A stretch of 64,000 nt of DNA from an uncultured Chloroflexia bacterium (lineage in GTDB: Bacteria; Chloroflexota; Limnocylindria; Limnocylindrales; CSP1-4): NCBI GenBank assembly GCA_963776925.1, contig CAVZON010000006.1, positions 404,138 to 468,137 of the forward strand. The letters are read 5' to 3'. The notes beneath the pieces are model-generated. The model saw nothing but the letters and a program-made list of their open reading frames with translations. It was not told the origin of the DNA and did not search any database. This document shows positions 12,294 to 20,779 of this stretch, one piece after another (within the stretch, counting starts at the first letter, position 1; every line of letters begins with the position of its first letter). The position numbers were made by a program, and so were the translations under genes.

Positions 12294-13388
12294 GTCGGTC
12301 GTCCGCACCGGGTCCGGCGCAGCCCGACGGCGCCGTCCGCGGGGACAGCGCCGAGGCGGCCCGACGAATGGCCGCCAACCTGCGCGAGTGGGTGAGCGGC
12401 AACGCTGATCCTGGTCGTGCTGCTGTTCCTGATCGTCGGTGATCGCGGTCGATCAGCCCCGACTTCATCTCGATCAACAACGGGCGCAACATCCTGATCA
12501 ACTCGGCGCCGCGGCTGATCATCGCCCTCGGCGCGGGGATCGTCCTCATCTCGCGCGGGGTCGACCTGTCCGCGGGCCGCATGTTCGGGCTGGCCGCGAT
12601 CATCACCGCCTCGATGCTCCAGACCGAGGACATATGCGCGCCGGTTCTACCCCGATCTCGCGCCGCTGCCCTACATCGCTGCCGGTCGATCGTCGCGATC
12701 GGCGTGCACCACGTTCCTGGGGGCCATCAACGGGATGGTCATCTCGCGGCTGCGGGTGCCGCCGTTCATCGCGACGCTCGGCATGATGGTCATCACCTAT
12801 GGCCTCAAACTCGCATCTACTTCGATCTGCCGCCCAACAACTCGCAGCCGATCGGTGGCCTGCGGCCGGACTTCACGGGCCTCGGGACGGGTGCCTTCGG
12901 CACGGGGCCCGTGGTCGATCCCCTACGCGGTGCTGGTCGCCGCGGTGACCGCGTTCCTGTTCTGGGTCGATGCTCAACAAGACCGTCCTTGGCAAGAACA
13001 TCTACGCGATCGGCGGCAATCCCCAGGCGGCCCAGGTGGCAGGCATCAACATCGGCCGGAACGCTGATGATCGTATATGCCCTGGCGGGCGCGCATGTAC
13101 GGCATGGCGGGTGTGCTCGAAGCCGCCCGGACGGGCGGCGCGTCAACAGCTCTACGGGAACGCTCTACGAGCTCGACGCGATCGCTGCGTGCGTGGTCGG
13201 CGGCGTCTCGACCGCGGGCGGTGTCGGGCGTGTCGGGGGGATCGTCGCGGGCGTGCTGGTGTTCGGGGTGATCGCCTACGGCCTGACGTTCATCGGCATC
13301 AATCCGTTCACCCAGCAGATCATCAAGGGCGTGATCATCATCGGCGCCGTCGCGTTCGACATCGCCCGGAACTGGCGGCCAGCGGTGA
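12286..13388 (+). CDS. Sugar ABC transporter permease (MglC/RbsC-type), frame-broken
   Basis: ATG 12286 lies just before the ATPase stop. Hydrophobic segments [111 protein letters not shown]. About 8 frame changes. Proposed stop TGA 13386-13388 needs one more indel. Confidence 0.78.
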
Positions 13389-14418
13389 GCGCGACCGAGG
13401 CCCTGCGCTGGGGATCCTCGGCACGGGCAGGATCACCGGTCGGATCGCGCGAGCGCCGGTCGATCCGCGCTGACACGTCATCGCCGCGGTCGCCAGCCGC
13501 GATCGCCGAACGTGCCGCGTGACCACGCCCAGCGCCACGGGATCGAGCGCTGGCACGGCTCGTATGACGACCTGCTGGCGGACTCGGCGGTCGATGTCGT
13601 GTACGTGGCGCTTGCCCAACCACCTCCATGCCCTGTGGGCCATCCGGGCGCTCGAGGGGCGGGAAGCATGTCCTCGGTGGAGAAGCCGATCGCGCTGACG
13701 GTCACCGAGGTCGACGCCATCGCGACGGCCGCAACACGGCGCCGGGCGCGTCGTGGCCGAGGGGTTCATGTACCTCCACCATCCGCAGACCCGCTCGGTG
13801 CTCGAGGCGATCGCGTCCGGGCGACTCGGGTCGATCCGGCTCATCCGTGGCTCGTTCTCGTTCACGCTGACCTATGCCGAACGATCCGCGGCTCGATGCC
13901 GGCGATGGGCGGCGGCTCGCTGTGGGACCTCGGCGGCTACCCGGTGAGCTTCGCCCGGCGGGCGCTCGGCCTCGACCCGGACGAGGTGCTCGCCATGCAG
14001 GTCGCTGGCGACGGCGTCGACATGGCCTTCGTGGGTCAGCTTCGTTTCCCGGGTGATCGGCTCCTGCTGATCGATACGAGCTTCCGTGCACCGGATCGGG
14101 AACTCCTGGAAGTGGTCGGCAGGACGAGGGGGTGCTGACGGTCGACCCGGCCTTCCTGGCACCGGCCGACCGCCCGACCAGCTACACCATGGTCGGGCGC
14201 GACGGCCAGCGATCGTCGGTGTCGCCATCGCCGCCGCGGATGCCTATCGGGCAGAGATGGACAAGAGCCTGGCCGGGGCCATCGAGGACGGTCGCTCGGT
14301 CTCCTGGTCGATCGCCGACAGCCGGGCCACGGTGGCGACGCTCGAGGCCCTGCACCTGGCCGCGGCATCCATCCGCGGGATCCGCCCGCTCGGGCGACCA
14401 GGACCGGTCCGCGTCTGA
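13385..14418 (+). CDS. Gfo/Idh/MocA family oxidoreductase, frame-broken
   Basis: GTG 13385 in a GTGA overlap with the proposed permease stop. LRWGILGTGRI Rossmann N-terminus (after one frame shift), VDVVYVAL, EKPIALTVTEVDAIATAA (EKP motif), AEGFMYLHHPQTRSVLEAIASGRLGSIRLIRGSFSF. About 6-7 frame changes. Stop 14416-14418. Confidence 0.72.
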
Positions 14419-14448
14419 TCGCGTCGCGCCGCCGCCCTCCCGGCCCGG

Positions 14449-15171
14449 TCAGGCCGCGATGAACCGGTAGCCCAGGCCTCGTTCGGTCCGGATGTAGCGG
14501 GGGCGCTCCGGGTCGTCGCCGAGCTTGTCCCGCAGGCGACGCACGTAGACGCGCAGGTAGTCGACCTCGTCGACGTACTCGCGCCCCCAGACCTTGGCCA
14601 GCAGGGTCGCGTGGGTCATCACGTGCCCGACGTTCCGGACCAGGTGGTAGAGCAGCTTGTACTCGGTCGGGGTCAGCTCCAGGCGCTGCCCGGCGAGCCG
14701 TGCCTCCTGGGCCGCGAAGTCGACTTCGAGGTCGAGCGCGCGGAACGACGGCGCCCGGCTGACCGGGGCCGGCATCGCCATGCGCCGGAGCACCGCGCGG
14801 AGGCGAGCCATCAGCTCGAGGTGGTTGAACGGCTTGGTCACGTAGTCGTCGGCGCCGAGCTCCAGCCCCTTGACCTTGTCCATCGCGTCGTCGCGCGCCG
14901 TCAGCATGAGGACCGGCACGTCGGAGAACGCCCGGATCCGGCGGAGCACCTCGAACCCATCGAGATCGGGCAGGCCGACGTCGAGCAGGACCACGTCGGG
15001 ATGCTCCCGCTCGACGAGGTCGAGCGCGGTCTCGCCATCGCCCGCGCCGAGCACGTCGACCTCGCGCCACTGCAGCGTGAACCCGAGGCGGATCGACTCG
15101 ACCACGTCGGGCTCGTCGTCGACGACCAGGACCCGCATGTCAGTCCGACCCGCCCGCGTCGTCGGGGCCAT
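14449..15171 (-). CDS. OmpR/PhoB-family DNA-binding response regulator (intact)
   Basis: Intact ORF. Receiver MRVLVVDDEPDV...VVLLDVGLPDLDGFEVL...VLMLTARDD...GADDYVTKPF. Winged-helix output LELTPTEYKLLYHL...YLRVYVRRLRDKL...IRTERGLGYRF. Likely true start is ATG 15138 (MRVLVV), 1 nt after the kinase stop. Confidence 0.92.
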   Translation of the reverse strand: MAPTTRAGRTDMRVLVVDDEPDVVESIRLGFTLQWREVDVLGAGDGETALDLVEREHPDVVLLDVGLPDLDGFEVLRRIRAFSDVPVLMLTARDDAMDKVKGLELGADDYVTKPFNHLELMARLRAVLRRMAMPAPVSRAPSFRALDLEVDFAAQEARLAGQRLELTPTEYKLLYHLVRNVGHVMTHATLLAKVWGREYVDEVDYLRVYVRRLRDKLGDDPERPRYIRTERGLGYRFIAA

Positions 15172-16138
15172 CGACCGGGACGACGAGCCGGAACGTGCTG
15201 CCCGCGACCGGGCGCGCTGTCGACCTCGATCCGGCCGCCGTGGGCCTGGGCGATCGCCAGCGCGGTCGGCAGGCCCAGCCCGACCCCGTCGCGCGCCGGC
15301 CCGCGGTCGGTCCGGCCGACGAAGAAGCGCTCGAAGAGTCGAGCCTGGTCGGCCTCGGGGATGCCCGGCCCGTCATCGCGTACGGCCAATCGGGCCCAGG
15401 CGCCGTCGCGGTCGATCGTGACCGCGACCCGGCCGTCGTCGGGCGAGAAGCGGACTGCGTTGGACAGGAGGTTGACGAGCGCCTGCTCGAGGCGGCGATG
15501 GTCGCCGTACACCGCCAGCGTGCGTCTCGGCGGTCGCCAGGTCCAGGACGATCCCGCGACTCGTCGCCACCGGCCGCAGCGAGGCGATGGCCGCCGTCGC
15601 CATCGCGACCGTGTCGAACCGACGGAGCTGCAGGGCGATGTGGCCGGTCCGGAAGCGCGCCAGGTCGAGGATGTCGCCGACGACGCGCTGCATGCGTTCC
15701 GCGTTCCGCTCGATGGTCTCGACCAGGGTTCGCCGCTGCTCGGGCGTCGGGTCGCTGTCCTCGGCCAGGAGGAGGCCGGCGCACGTGCGGATGGCGGTGA
15801 GTGGCGTGCGCAGCTCGTGGGCGATCGTCGCCGACAGGTCCGTTCGCAGCGTCTCCAGCTCGCGCAGCCGGGCCGCGTCATCGGGTCCGATCGAGCCGCT
15901 GGTCGCGACCCGCCGGCGCGAGGCTCGTGGGCACGAACCGGGATCCGCGCGACCCGGACGCGGCGACGCGGATGAGGCCGAGCGTGGCGGCCTCGTCGAG
16001 CGCCGACGCGACGATCCCGGGCTGTGGGTCGAGTCCGAGGTCCGCCAGCCGGCGGTCGAGGTCGTCGGCCGTCCCGCCGTCGGCGAGCACCGCGAGGATC
16101 GTCGGCAGGAGTGGCGATGCCGGGGCGTCGGCCGTCAT
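15140..16138 (-). CDS. Cytoplasmic sensor histidine kinase (no TM segment seen), frame-broken
   Basis: N-terminal ~90 aa MTADAPASPLLPTILAVLADGGTADDLDRRLADLGL.... DHp H-box LSATIAHELRTPLTAIR. N-box LEQALVNLLSNAVRF. G-boxes VRDDGPGIP and GVGLGLPTALAIAQAHGGRIEV. Three frame changes (about 15900, 15525, 15200). Confidence 0.8.
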
Positions 16139-16209
16139 CGCCGCAGCATAGGCGACGCCCGCAGGCGTCCTGCCGCAGCGCGCGGCCGCAGCCGCGCGGC
16201 CGCGTCGCC

Positions 16210-16425
16210 TCAGGCGGCGGCGGTCACCGGTCGCCGCTCGTCGATGGCGACGACCGGCTCGAGGTCGGACGCGGCGGCCGGTTCGTCGTCGTAGGAGCAG
16301 ATGCACGGACCGTCGGCGACGCAGCCGGCGCAGCAGAACGCCAGCCCGACATGGAACGTCGGCCGGGCGACGATCGGGGCTTCGCAGGTGACGCAATGGA
16401 ACATGGGATCGGACTCGGTGGACAT
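16210..16425 (-). CDS. Small Cys-rich protein, bacterial metallothionein (SmtA/BmtA)-like
   Basis: 71 aa from ATG 16425: MSTESDPMFHCVTCEAPIVARPTFHVGLAFCCAGCVADGPCICSYDDEP.... Seven Cys in the pattern C-x2-C-x16-CC-x2-C-x5-C-x-C. The LAFCCAGCVADG segment resembles the YCSEACADGH core of cyanobacterial SmtA (from memory, not searched). Confidence 0.55.
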   Translation of the reverse strand: MSTESDPMFHCVTCEAPIVARPTFHVGLAFCCAGCVADGPCICSYDDEPAAASDLEPVVAIDERRPVTAAA

Positions 16426-16451
16426 GCCGACACCGTATGGCGCGCCCGGGG

Positions 16452-16537
16452 CATGACCGGGGAACAGGGCATGAACAGGACATGAACATCCGGGCCGCGG
16501 CGGCATCGCGGACAGCCGTATTCATGCGCTGTTCATG
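16452..16537. promoter_or_regulatory. Array of CATGAAC-type repeats in the divergent region between the metallothionein-like gene and gdh
   Basis: CATGACC 16452, CATGAACAG 16470, CATGAACAT 16481 (11-nt spacing). On the other strand: TTCATG 16521 and CTGTTCATG 16529-16537, the latter an exact inverse of 16470-16478. Confidence 0.3.
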
Positions 16538-16631
16538 TGCGTCGAGCGGCTTGTTCGCGGTCGGCGGCGATGGTGGTCCCAGCGCGCCGACGTTGCGCGT
16601 CCTCGCCGCACCACCCGGAGAACCGATCTCG

Positions 16632-17912
16632 ATGACCGACGCCGTCACCCTCCCGTCTGCGCCGCCCAGCCATGGCGCGGCCGCGCTGGCGGCTGCCATC
16701 CACCAGTTCGGGGCCGCCGCCGACCACCTCGCGCTCGATCGGTCGATCCGGGCCATCCTCGGGACGCCGTGGCGCGAGATGACCACGCACTTCCCGGTCC
16801 GCCTCGACGACGGGACGGTCGGCGTCTTCACCGGCTATCGGGTCCAGCACAGCGTCGCGCGCGGTCCGGCCAAGGGCGGCCTGCGCTATCACCCCGCGAC
16901 CGACCTCGACGACGTCCGCGCCCTGGCCATGTGGATGACCTGGAAGTGCGCGCTCGTCGACGTCCCGTTCGGCGGGGCCAAGGGCGGCGTCACCTGCGAC
17001 CCGCGGGCCCTCAGCCCGAAGGAGCTCGAGGCCATCACGCGCCGATTCGCCAGCGAGCTCGAGCCGATCATCGGCGCCGACGTCGATATCCCCGCGCCGG
17101 ACGTCGGGACCAACGCCCAGACGATGGCCTGGATCATGGACGCGCTGGCGACCCCGCGCGGTGTCGCCACCCCCGCCGTCGTGACCGGCAAGCCACTGGC
17201 TCTCGGCGGGTCGGTCGGCCGGTCCGACGCGACCGGACAGGGCGTCGTCCACACCGTGGCCGACGCGGCCGCCCGGATCGGGCTGCCGCTCGACGGGGCA
17301 CGCGTCGCCATCCAGGGGTTCGGCAACGTGGGCGAAGCGACCGCCAGGCTGCTCGCCGAGCGCGGCGCGCGGATCGTGGCCATCACCGACATCGGTGGCG
17401 GCGTCCGTGACGACGCGGGCCTGGACCTTCGTCGCCTGCGCCGCTTCGCCGAGGAGACCGGCTCGATCGCCGGTGCCCCCGGCACCCACCCCATCGACAA
17501 CGCCGAGCTGCTCGCGCTCGAGGTCGACATCCTCGTCCTCGCCGCCCTCGAAGGGCAGCTCACCGATGCCAACGCGCATCTCGTCCGGGCACGCATCGTG
17601 GCCGAGGCGGCCAACGGCCCGACGACGCCGGAGGCCGATCCGATCCTGGCCGCCAACGGCGTGGTCGTCATCCCGGACATCCTGTGCAATGCGGGCGGCG
17701 TCGTCGTCAGCTACTACGAGTGGGTCCAGAACCGCGAGGGCATGGCCTGGACGGCGGCCGAGGTCGCCGACCGCCTGGAGCGGACGATGACCGTCGCTGC
17801 CGAGGCCGTGTGGGACCGCGCGACCGACGATGGCATCGGGCTCCGGCTCGCTGCGCACGTCATCGCGGTCGAGCGCGTGGCCGCCGCGACGACCCTCCGC
17901 GGCGGGTGGTAG
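16632..17912 (+). CDS. gdh: Glu/Leu/Phe/Val dehydrogenase family (glutamate dehydrogenase), intact
   Basis: 426 aa from ATG 16632. FTGYRVQHSVARGPAKGGLRYHP, KCALVDVPFGGAKGG (catalytic Lys region), Rossmann IQGFGNVGEATARLL. The upstream part of ORF 16437- is Arg/Ala-rich with no similarity and was rejected as extension. Confidence 0.92.
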   Translation: MTDAVTLPSAPPSHGAAALAAAIHQFGAAADHLALDRSIRAILGTPWREMTTHFPVRLDDGTVGVFTGYRVQHSVARGPAKGGLRYHPATDLDDVRALAMWMTWKCALVDVPFGGAKGGVTCDPRALSPKELEAITRRFASELEPIIGADVDIPAPDVGTNAQTMAWIMDALATPRGVATPAVVTGKPLALGGSVGRSDATGQGVVHTVADAAARIGLPLDGARVAIQGFGNVGEATARLLAERGARIVAITDIGGGVRDDAGLDLRRLRRFAEETGSIAGAPGTHPIDNAELLALEVDILVLAALEGQLTDANAHLVRARIVAEAANGPTTPEADPILAANGVVVIPDILCNAGGVVVSYYEWVQNREGMAWTAAEVADRLERTMTVAAEAVWDRATDDGIGLRLAAHVIAVERVAAATTLRGGW

Positions 17913-17945
17913 CGGACCTGTCCCCCGGATCGCGGAGCGACCGAC

Positions 17946-18395
17946 TCAGCGCTTGAGCAGGTCCGAGACCTCCGGTTCCGGGCCGGTCCAGCGGCTGACC
18001 TCCTCGGTCGCGAACCGGCCGTAGTAGTTGAGGAAGTGGCCGCCGTGCTCGCGCACCGTCGCGATCGCGGCCCGCTTCCGCTCGTCGCCGCGGACACGGA
18101 CCATCACGACCGCCCCGCCGTCACGGACGGCCGCCTCGTACCAGGCGAGGTCGGGGAGCTGGTCCATCAACGTGAACGACACGAGCCGTCGCGTGCGGCC
18201 GACCGCTCCATGCGTCGCCCCGGTGCCGTCCAGTCGCGCGGCGCCCTCCTCGCCACGGAGGATGGACACGTCCTTCGACGCGATGCCGTCCGCGACCAGG
18301 GCAGCAGCAGCGCCCGCCGCCGCGGTCGGGTCGCGGAACGCGGCGAGGAGTCGATCCGTCGGGTAGCCGATGAACGGCGAGGTCGTCGGGGGCAC
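17946..18395 (-). CDS. Hypothetical protein
   Basis: ORF 17946-18488 trimmed to the in-frame GTG 18395, because its 5' end overlaps the tRNA-Leu gene. VPPTTSPFIGYPTDRLLAAFRDP...VVMVRVRGDERKRAAIATVREHGGHFLNYYGRF. No family recognised. Confidence 0.45.
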   Translation of the reverse strand: MPPTTSPFIGYPTDRLLAAFRDPTAAAGAAAALVADGIASKDVSILRGEEGAARLDGTGATHGAVGRTRRLVSFTLMDQLPDLAWYEAAVRDGGAVVMVRVRGDERKRAAIATVREHGGHFLNYYGRFATEEVSRWTGPEPEVSDLLKR

Positions 18396-18415
18396 GATCG
18401 CACGTAGGGGAGGCG

Positions 18416-18502
18416 TGGTACCGAAGGTGGGGATTCGAACCCACACGAGGTTGCCCTCAGCGGTGTTTGAGACCGCAGCGTCTGCCATTCCGCCACTTCG
18501 GC
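18416..18502 (-). tRNA. tRNA-Leu (anticodon CAA)
   Basis: Reverse complement folds as a class II tRNA. Acceptor GCCGAAG/CTTCGGT (G1-U72), anticodon stem GCGGT/ACCGC with loop CTCAAAC, long variable arm, T arm GTGGG-TTCGAAT-CCCAC, encoded CCA. Confidence 0.9.
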
Positions 18503-18646
18503 TCGAGGTGCGCCACTATCGTACCGCGAGACCGGCGCGTCGCCGCCGGAACCGCCGACCCCGGCGGGGCGTCTGCCGGGGCGACGATGCTAGACTCGCC
18601 GCGCCTTCGACCCGCCAGTATCGCCGTCCGGAGGGACCCCCCGACC

Positions 18647-19256
18647 GTGGAGGACCTTCGCTCGACGACGGTCTCCGACGACCCCGTCCAGCGCCGCGAC
18701 CTTCTCCTCATCGAGCGCGCCCGAGACGGCGACCTCGACGCCTTCAACGACCTCGTCCGCCTGTACCAGGACTCAGTTGTTCTCGCTGGTCGTGCGCATG
18801 GTGCCCGATCGCGACCAGGCGTCCGACGCGGTCCAGGAGGCGTTCTTCTCGGCCTTCCGGAACCTGGCGTCGTTCCGCGGCGGCAGCGTCAAGTCGTGGC
18901 TGAACCGGATCTGCGTGAACGCGGCCATGGACACCCAGCGCCTGCGCAAGCGGCGTCCGGCGCAGCCCTATCCCGAGCTCGAGGACGAGAGCTGGCAGCC
19001 GCCAGCCGGCGAAGACGCCGATCCCGAACGGACCGCGGTCGCGGCCGAGCGGAGCCGGCTGCTGGGTGAGGCGATGACCCACATCACCGATGACCAGCGC
19101 ACGGCCATCGTCCTCTACGACATCGAGGGCTACGACTACGGGGAGATCGCGGCGATGACCGGCGTCTCGCTGGGCACGGTCAAGTCGCGCATCCATCGCG
19201 GCCGCCTGGCCTTGCGCGGCCTGCTGGAGGACCGGATGGAGGTCTTCCGTGGCTGA
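18647..19256 (+). CDS. ECF (sigma-70 family group IV) RNA polymerase sigma factor; one frame break
   Basis: RBS GGAGGG then GTG 18647. Region 2: ERARDGDLDAFNDLVRLYQDS / FSLVVRMVPDRDQASDAVQEAFFSAFRNL. Region 4: DDQRTAIVLYDIEGYDYGEIAAMTGVSLGTVKSRIHRGR. ORF 18467- joins ORF 18777-19256 near 18775. TAGACT at 18591-18596 is a possible -10. Confidence 0.85.
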
Positions 19257-19889
19257 CGGTGCGACCTTCGCCCACCCTGGCCACGATCGCCTGCGCATCG
19301 CCGCCGCGGCCGACCGCCGGAGCGGCCCGTTGCCGGCACTGACGAGCGCCCTGCTCGCCGCCTGCACCGAGTGCGCCCGGCTGCACGCCGACCTCATCGC
19401 CCTCGCGACCGCCCTGCCCGGCGCGGCCACGCCCCGCCGGACCCGCGACTACACCCTGACCGCGGCCGACGCCCAGCGTCTGCGCCAGCGTGGCCTCCGT
19501 GGCTGGCTGGCCCGCATCGGCTCGCCGCGTGACGGGCTGACTCGCCCGCTCGCCATCGGCTTCACCACGCTCGGTCTGGCCGGGCTCCTCGTCGCCACCG
19601 TCCCGACCGTCCTGCCGCTCGGGTCCGGGGCGTCGCTGGCGCCGGCGGCCGGGGTGACCGCGGCGGGGTCGGCCGACGCCACGGAGACCGTGCCGGAGGG
19701 CGGCGCCGGGTTCCACCAGATGATCCGTCCAGCGGGCGAGCCGGCATCGCCGGTCGACCCGACGACCGGCCCCGACGCCGGCATCCGTCCGGGTCGCCGA
19801 TCGCGGTCATCGCGCTGTCGAGCGGCTTCCTCATCGTCGGCGGCGGACTCCTGGCCGTTCGACGCCGCAACGCCCGGGCGATGCGATGA
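19249..19889 (+). CDS. Membrane anti-sigma factor-like protein, paralog 1; one frame break
   Basis: GTG 19249 overlaps the sigma stop by 8 nt. HPGHDRLRIAAAAD...LLAACTECARLHADL, TM LAIGFTTLGLAGLLVATVPTVLP. After a shift near 19790 it ends SPIAVIALSSGFLIVGGGLLAVRRRNARAMR, stop TGA 19887-19889. As assembled it reads through into paralog 2 (474-aa ORF). Confidence 0.65.
19349..19648 (+). repeat. 300-nt direct repeat, copy 1 (core of anti-sigma paralog 1)
   Basis: Identical to 20072-20371 except c19404 versus g20127 (synonymous Leu codon). Offset 723 nt. Flanks are not alignable by eye. Confidence 0.9.
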
Positions 19890-19950
19890 TGCGCCGCGAG
19901 CCACGCGCGCCCGGGAACCACCGGCCCGCCGGCGTCGTCACACGAGCGAC

Positions 19951-20673
19951 ATGAGCGCGAACCGGCCGTCCACGCCTGCCGCTGACCACGCGACGCACGA
20001 TCCCGGGTTGATCGCGGCGATGTCGACGCGCGACCCGGACCTGACCGCCGAGGATCGAGCCTCCGCCGAGTCCCTGCTCGCCGCCTGCACCGAGTGCGCC
20101 CGGCTGCACGCCGACCTCATCGCCCTGGCGACCGCCCTGCCCGGCGCGGCCACGCCCCGCCGGACCCGCGACTACACCCTGACCGCGGCCGACGCCCAGC
20201 GTCTGCGCCAGCGTGGCCTCCGTGGCTGGCTGGCCCGCATCGGCTCGCCGCGTGACGGGCTGACTCGCCCGCTCGCCATCGGCTTCACCACGCTCGGTCT
20301 GGCCGGGCTCCTCGTCGCCACCGTCCCGACCGTCCTGCCGCTCGGGTCCGGGGCGTCGCTGGCGCCGGCGGACGCCTCGCGGGAGGCGCCTGCGGCCGCC
20401 TCGGCGGCGGCATCCGCGGAGAGCCTGGCGATGAGCGCGGCTCCGTCGCCGGCCGACGACGGCGAGGTCTTCAACGGCACGGACTCGAGCGATCCTGCCC
20501 CGGCGGCCACGCCGAACGTCGGCGACACCGCAGCCCTGCCGGCCGAGGAGATCGCGGTCCGCGAGGACCCGTCCGGCGTGTCGGCGCTGGCGGTCATCGC
20601 CGGCTCGCTGGTCATCATCGGCCTGAGCCTGTTCGCCCTGCGCTGGAGTGCCCGCCGCCTCGGCGACGGCTGA
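19951..20673 (+). CDS. Membrane anti-sigma factor-like protein, paralog 2
   Basis: ATG 19951. HDPGLIAAMSTRDPDLTAEDRASAESLLAACTECARLHADL and the same TM1 as paralog 1. A different Ala/Ser/Pro-rich extracytoplasmic part, then a C-terminal TM ALAVIAGSLVIIGLSLFAL. Confidence 0.7.
   Translation: MSANRPSTPAADHATHDPGLIAAMSTRDPDLTAEDRASAESLLAACTECARLHADLIALATALPGAATPRRTRDYTLTAADAQRLRQRGLRGWLARIGSPRDGLTRPLAIGFTTLGLAGLLVATVPTVLPLGSGASLAPADASREAPAAASAAASAESLAMSAAPSPADDGEVFNGTDSSDPAPAATPNVGDTAALPAEEIAVREDPSGVSALAVIAGSLVIIGLSLFALRWSARRLGDG
20072..20371 (+). repeat. 300-nt direct repeat, copy 2 (core of anti-sigma paralog 2)
   Basis: See copy 1; 299/300 identical. Confidence 0.9.
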
Positions 20674-20779
20674 CCGGAGGCCCGCGCGGATGCGGGTCGC
20701 GACGCGCGCCGGGGTGCGGGCCGAGCGGGCCCCGCGGGTACACTTGGGCCACCCGACCGCCACGTCCTGAGGCCTGCCG

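Noticed and set aside
16437-16631. N-terminal 65-residue extension of glutamate dehydrogenase from ATG 16437
   Set aside because: The extension is Arg/Ala/Gly-rich with no similarity to GDH N-termini. It covers the repeat-bearing divergent promoter region. ATG 16632 gives a canonical ~426-aa enzyme.
17946-18488. Full 180-aa ORF including its first 31 codons
   Set aside because: The 5' part overlaps the well-folded tRNA-Leu(CAA) gene on the same strand. The ORF was trimmed to the in-frame GTG at 18395.
19249-20673. Single 474-aa fusion protein as the real product
   Set aside because: A one-base shift near 19790 yields a typical C-terminal TM helix and a stop at 19887-19889 for the first paralog. 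A good ATG at 19951 then starts the second. The fusion is most likely an indel artefact.
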